Part shown: positions 59,917-64,000 of the stretch, one piece after another
How the letters are laid out: each line of letters opens with the position of its first letter
Position numbering within the stretch: position 1 is the first letter of the stretch
Origin: Patescibacteria group bacterium
GTDB lineage: Bacteria > Patescibacteriota > Minisyncoccia > Minisyncoccales > GWA2-38-27
DNA length: 64,000 nt
Reading direction: 5' to 3'
Assembly (NCBI GenBank): GCA_020148045.1
Contig: JAHCRG010000004.1
Coordinates: 64,576-128,575 of the forward strand
Notes under the pieces: model-generated
Databases searched by the model: none
Told to the model about the DNA's origin: nothing
The model's input: only the letters and a program-made list of their open reading frames with translations
Position numbers and translations under genes: made by a program

Positions 59917-60621
59917 CATCTGTCTCCTTATATCGCTATAAAGTATGGACCATATCTTCACCCTTCACTTTTAGCTAAAAATGAAGGGGCTTGGCGTATG
60001 GCCTCTGAGGATTCTTTTAGTAAGAGTTAAGAATTTGCTTTTTGGAATATTTTCTTTTTCGACCTACAACAATTAAATCTCTTAATTTTAAGATTTCTTT
60101 CATGCCATCTCTTTCTAAATGTCTCTTTTGATTAATTATCTTAACAATTTTACAGAAAATTTCAAAAACTTTTTTCTTATTTTTTGATAAAAAAGAATAA
60201 TTTTTGAAAAAAGGAATTATAATTTCTGTAAGATCTTTTAGTCTTCTTACTTCGAAATAACATATCCCATCTTTTCGATAACGAATTGTCCCACAATTTA
60301 AGACATTCTTAAATATTTTAGGAACAGTATCATCTTTTTGAGATATATTAAACGATAAACTGACTTTCCATCCGTATTTATAATCATCCCATCTATTTAT
60401 TATTGAGACATTAAAACTTCCTTCTCCATCAGCAAATCCACTTAAATAATATCTTGTGCTCTTACTAAAAGTCTTTCCTGCTGATTGACCGCAATTGAAC
60501 ATTTTCACTGTCATTAATTTATTATACAAATTAACGGCGAGTAGTTCAATATACCCGGTGTTCCCAGCATATAGCCAAGTTTTTTCTTAGAAATTATTTT
60601 CTAAGAGCGGCAACTTTCTTA
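59917..60621 (-). mobile_element. group I intron in the 23S helix-69 loop, carrying a LAGLIDADG ORF
   Basis: The exon junction restores GGCGGU|AACUAUAACCGUCC (E. coli GGCCGUAACUAUAACGGUCC). P1 is exon GCGGU paired with intron GCCGC, with a U.G wobble at the splice site. P2 is UCUUAGAAA auaa UUUCUAAGA. P3 is CUUGGC/GCCAAG. P7 is GGCCAUA/UAUGG(U)CC inside an S-like GAAGAUAUGGUCC. P8 is a long hairpin. P9 has a GCGA loop. The terminal nucleotide is G. Confidence 0.85.
60017..60514 (-). CDS. LAGLIDADG homing endonuclease (single-motif, homodimer type)
   Basis: YLSGFADGEGSFNVSI LAGLIDADG motif. About 165 aa from the ATG at 60514 (the track ORF starts at TTG 60529). It lies inside the intron in the same orientation as the rRNA. 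Confidence 0.88.
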   Translation of the reverse strand: MTVKMFNCGQSAGKTFSKSTRYYLSGFADGEGSFNVSIINRWDDYKYGWKVSLSFNISQKDDTVPKIFKNVLNCGTIRYRKDGICYFEVRRLKDLTEIIIPFFKNYSFLSKNKKKVFEIFCKIVKIINQKRHLERDGMKEILKLRDLIVVGRKRKYSKKQILNSY

Positions 60622-62024
60622 CCGCCGACGTTCACTGGCGCTTCGCTCACTCAGCCCACACCGAAGCGCGGACTGGCGAGGTTAACGTTCCAGCACTGGT
60701 CAGGCCTCAACCCCTATACATCCTCTTACGAGTTAAGCAGGGATTTGTGTTTTTGATAAACAGTCGCCAGGGTTCTTTCGCTGCGGCCCCGCCTAGGGCG
60801 GGGCAGTCCATATTGCGAACTTACGGACGCTTTTTTGCCGAGTTCCTTCAGGAGCTTTCACTCGTTCACCTTGGTGCTCTTACACCCGCCTACCTGTGTC
60901 GGTTTACGGTACGGGCCCTTCATCTTTTTAAATTTCTTTAAGGTTTTTCTGGGAAATCTGCTCAATGGAGTTCACTCGCCCGAAGACGAGCTTCCCGTCA
61001 ATCCTTGAAAATTCTTAGATTGACGACGAGAATCCAATAACTCGCTTCATCTACTAGATTCCGTCACCTTATTGAAAAAGGTAAAGGGGGGCCGGAATAT
61101 TAACCGGCTGTCCATCTCCCGAGACCTTTCGGTCGAGGGATTAGGCCCGCCTAACCCTTGGATGATTGCCATTGCCAAGGAAACCTTAGGCTTTCGGTGT
61201 GCGGGGCTTTCACCCGCATTGCGGTTACTTATGCCAACATTCTCACTCCTTAGCGCTCCACCAAACTTTACAGTTTGACTTCACAGCACTAAAGACGCTC
61301 CCCTACCCCAAACACATAACAAGTTATGTGCTTGGTCTTATCTTCGGTACCAAGCTTAAGCCCCGTAAATTTTCGGCGCAAAACTCCTTAGCTAGTAAGC
61401 TGTTACGCACTTTTTAAAGGATAGCTGCTTCTGAGCTAACCTCCTAGCTATCAGAGGAATTTTACTTCCTTTAAAACACTTAGCTCGGTTTAGGGACCTT
61501 AGATGAAGATTTGGGCTGTTTCCCTTTTGACTATGGAGCTTAGCCCCCACAGTCTAACTGCCGACATTCAAAGATTGGTATTCGGAGTTTGGTTGGAGAA
61601 TCTAGGTAAAACCCACGAAACCCCATCCAGTGCTCTACCTCCAATCTCTACAAATCGACGCTAGCCCTAAAGCTATTTCGGGGAGAACCAGCTATTACCA
61701 AGCTCGATTAGCTTTTCACTCCTTACCACAGCTCATCCCAGAGTATTGCACGGCTCACGGGTTCGGGCCTCCCCCTGCTTTTCAGCGGGGTTCACCCTGG
61801 CTATGGCAAGCTCGCTTGGCTTCGGGTCCCGAGTACTTTCTGAAACGCGCTTTTAACACTTGGTTTCCCTGAGCCTTCGCGGCGGAACCGCTTAGACAAA
61901 GAAAGTGCTCGGACTCGTTGGCTCATTCTTCAATAGGCACGCCATTACCCACGATAAAATCGGGGCTCTGACTCCTTGTGGACAAGATGGTTTCAGGTTC
62001 TATTTCACCGCCCTCACCGGGCTG

Positions 62025-62059
<35 letters not shown>

Positions 62060-62646
62060 TGGGGATATCAAAGTATTTAGCCTTGGCCAATTAGTTTGGC
62101 CTGCTTCCCACAGGATTCTCATTTCCCGTGGTACTCAAGTAAGATAGCAAGGAGCATAAAGTGATTTTCAAATACGGGACTATTACCCTCTATGGTGCCC
62201 CTTTCCAGGGTGCTTCTCTTAACCAAACTTTATCTAAATATTCTCCCTCGGTAAGCATTCCTATGCACCAGGAATACTCCCGACACTACCTCCTTACAAC
62301 CACCGCTCGTGCGTAAAGCATGAACGATTTTGGGCTCTTCCCTGTTCGCTCGCCGCTACTAAGGGAATAAAAAGTTTTTCTCTTTTCCTCCGCTTACTGA
62401 GATGTTTCACTTCAGCGGGTTTAGCTGCCCAGTCATTCGACCGGGCCGATTTTGCTTATCGCAAAATCAGGTTTCCCCATTCGGAAATCCCCGGATCAAA
62501 GGTTGCTAAACACCTCCCCGAGGCTTATCGCAGTCACGCCACGTCCTTCATCGCCTCGATATCCCAAGGCATCCACCATCTGCCCTTAAAATACAATTTT
62601 TACCTTTAACTCACCCTCACATCCGCCATGGGCGGGTAATGATGAG

Positions 62647-62671
62647 TTGGCTAACAATTAATAATCGTAAC
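62647..62671 (-). repeat. 5' arm of the 25-bp perfect 23S processing stem
   Basis: TTGGCTAACAATTAATAATCGTAAC (plus strand) is the reverse complement of 58923-58947. Confidence 0.85.
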
Positions 62672-62682
62672 TGATATTTAAT

Positions 62683-62694
62683 TTTCAAAGAACT
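62683..62694 (-). promoter_or_regulatory. boxA-like antitermination element in the 23S leader
   Basis: Minus strand GTTCTTTGAAAA(TTA) compared with E. coli rrn boxA GCTCTTTAACAA(TTT). It is preceded by a CCGCTT ccaa AGCGG hairpin (boxB-like position). Confidence 0.45.
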
Positions 62695-62815
62695 CTCCGT
62701 TAAAACAAAAACCGCTTTGGAAGCGGATTTATCAAAGTGTATTCAAAAATCCAGAATCTAACCGCTTCCTTTATTTTTACCCATAATTGTCTTTATATTC
62801 TTCATATCTTTTTTA

Positions 62816-62843
62816 ATTGTAGCAAATCAAAAGCCCCTGTCAA
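62816..62843 (-). promoter_or_regulatory. sigma70-type promoter TTGACA-16-TACAAT for the 23S-5S unit
   Basis: Minus strand: TTGACA at 62838-62843 and TACAAT at 62816-62821, about 210 nt upstream of the mature 23S 5' end. Confidence 0.6.
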
Positions 62844-62852
62844 GAGGGGCTT
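62831..62852 (-). terminator. 8-bp GC-rich hairpin downstream of the TM-helix-repeat gene, overlapping the 23S -35 box
   Basis: AAGCCCCT cttgac AGGGGCTT on the minus strand. The U-tract is weak (TT), so terminator function is uncertain. Confidence 0.4.
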
Positions 62853-62911
62853 TCTTAAAACATAAAACTCCAGCTAAAATAGCCTTTCTCTTCCAGAAAT
62901 AATTTAAAATA

Positions 62912-63595
62912 TTACCTTCTAAGTTTATCTCTTAAACCTTGAAGAATTTCAGTTGCCACATCTTTTCCTCCCAAGCCAAAAGCAAGACCAATTGCCAGAA
63001 CAATCATTACTACAATTCCTCGGAATAAATCCGCCATAAAGGTCTCTCCAATCCCAAGTTGAGACAAAATGATCAAAATTGCGAAAACCCAAATTGACCA
63101 TCTTACAATTGCTCCGACCAATTGTCCATAGCCTATTTTCGCTCCCTCTACCGTTGCTCGAACTACTTTCTCTAAAATATCAGCGATAATTACCGCTACC
63201 ACGAAAATAAAGGCAGCAACAACCACATTTGGCAGGAAAGGCAGTACTTTCTGTGTTAAGAAAATAGTTAATTGGTTAAATCCTAAAATTTCTACTGCAG
63301 CTGCCAAGAAAACAATCAATAAAACCCATTTAATAATAGCTCCGATAAAAGCTGAAGCATCTACTTTAATCTCTGCCTTTTCTAAAGCTGTTTTCCAGCC
63401 TCCTCTTTCGAAAATTCGATTAAACTTTATTCTCTTTAAAATTTCAGCTATTAGTCTTCCGACCGCAATAGAAATAAGCCAACCAATCAGAAAAACAATA
63501 ATTGCTCCGATAAGATTTGGGATAAAATCAATAAATCCCTGCCAAAGGTTTTTCAGGGCAATAATAGTTGTGTCAAGCCAACCTGTTATTATCAT
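62912..63595 (-). CDS. membrane protein with conserved-TM-helix repeats (MscS-N-terminal-like)
   Basis: 227 aa and about 6 TM helices. It has repeated IPNLIGAIIVFLIGWLI / GAIVRWSIWVFAILIILSQLGI type helices resembling the 'conserved TM helix' repeat family. Confidence 0.5.
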   Translation of the reverse strand: MIITGWLDTTIIALKNLWQGFIDFIPNLIGAIIVFLIGWLISIAVGRLIAEILKRIKFNRIFERGGWKTALEKAEIKVDASAFIGAIIKWVLLIVFLAAAVEILGFNQLTIFLTQKVLPFLPNVVVAAFIFVVAVIIADILEKVVRATVEGAKIGYGQLVGAIVRWSIWVFAILIILSQLGIGETFMADLFRGIVVMIVLAIGLAFGLGGKDVATEILQGLRDKLRR

Positions 63596-63693
63596 ATTAT
63601 TTTACTTTTATTTGAATTTATATCCTAATCGACCTTTGATTATTGTGTTATTGTAACACATCAAAAAAACCCTGTCCTGTGGAAAACTTTTTG

Positions 63694-63766
63694 TGGACCC
63701 GAGCGGATTCGGACCGCTGACCTCCGCATTGCAAATGCGATGCTCTTCCAGCTGAGCTACGGGCCC
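63694..63766 (-). tRNA. tRNA-Ala (anticodon UGC)
   Basis: Manual cloverleaf from the minus strand: GGGCCCG...CGGGTCCA acceptor with G3:U70, anticodon loop TTTGCAA, T arm AGCGG-TCCGAAT-CCGCT. Confidence 0.9.
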
Positions 63767-63771
63767 AAATG

Positions 63772-63845
63772 TGGGCGTGCGAGGACTCGAACCTCGGACC
63801 TCCTCATTATCAGTGAGACGCTCTAACCAGCTGAGCTACACGCCC
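63772..63845 (-). tRNA. tRNA-Ile (anticodon GAU)
   Basis: Manual cloverleaf: GGGCGTG...CACGCCCA acceptor, D arm GCTC-AGCTGGTTA-GAGC, anticodon loop CTGATAA, T arm CGAGG-TTCGAGT-CCTCG. It lies 5 nt upstream of tRNA-Ala(UGC). Confidence 0.9.
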
Positions 63846-64000
63846 TTATTTTAGGATTTTAGCAAAAAATAAAAGGCCTGTAAAGACCTTCTATCCAAAT
63901 TCAGTTTCTTAGAGTTGTCCCGGATCGAAATTTTAGGTTCTCGATCAACACCTCAGAATTAAAGAGAGAATTCTCGCTCTTCAATTCCAATCGACACTAA

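Noticed and set aside
59361-61872. Several 60-80-aa ORFs (59361-59543, 59379-59564, 60747-60941, 61072-61278, 61199-61417, 61630-61872)
   Set aside because: They lie inside the 23S rRNA gene, where conserved rRNA blocks were identified on the minus strand. These are chance ORFs in GC-richer rRNA sequence.
63846-64000. Searched for the 16S rRNA 3' end and anti-Shine-Dalgarno upstream of tRNA-Ile
   Set aside because: No GGATCACCTCCTT or other 16S-like block is present on the minus strand. A CTCTTTTAATTC string here is only a weak boxA resemblance (one extra T), so it was not reported.

Overview
This 64 kb window is AT-rich (about 30-35% GC, judged by eye and not computed) and gene-dense. It looks like a small-genome bacterium, probably of Patescibacteria/CPR type (inference). 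Standard code 11 fits, because TGA is used as a stop at ATGA-type gene junctions. The core content falls into five groups. (1) Peptidoglycan and division genes are dispersed: murC, a dacB-like gene, mraY, murD, ftsW, murG, murF, femX-like, ftsQ, uppS, PBP2, mreD and mreC. (2) They are interleaved with four aminoacyl-tRNA synthetase genes: aspS, lysS, serS and gltX. (3) Housekeeping genes include grpE-dnaK-dnaJ, fmt, pyrG, rplI and rpmA. (4) There are four tRNA genes. (5) A minus-strand 23S-5S rRNA unit carries a 705-nt group I intron in the helix-69 loop of the 23S gene, and the intron encodes a LAGLIDADG homing endonuclease. Most genes sit between a sigma70-like promoter (TTGACA, 16-17 nt, TATAAT-like) and an A-tract/hairpin/T-tract terminator, which also marks out several ORF-free transcription units. 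The items most worth a second look are listed here.

- A promoter-to-terminator unit with an 81/84-identical tandem 84-nt repeat lies upstream of a divergent LpxC-like gene.
- A roughly 2.5 kb GC-rich island (10.1-12.7 kb) carries csrA, a glycine-zipper lipoprotein, an orphan gene and a beta-helix exoprotein.
- A conserved hairpin-plus-promoter-plus-terminator module follows both murG and uppS.
- A candidate ~105-nt sRNA is driven by a perfect consensus promoter at 26.7 kb.
- A moderately GC-enriched block (49.7-53.4 kb) lies beside a tyrosine recombinase. It holds a hyper-acidic 50-aa protein, tandem boxA-like repeats and a stand-alone GMP-synthase ATP-PPase subunit.
- A membrane-protein gene sits between tRNA-Ala and the 23S gene.

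I saw no CRISPR array, transposase or 16S rRNA gene. All family calls come from motif recognition by eye; no database search was run.
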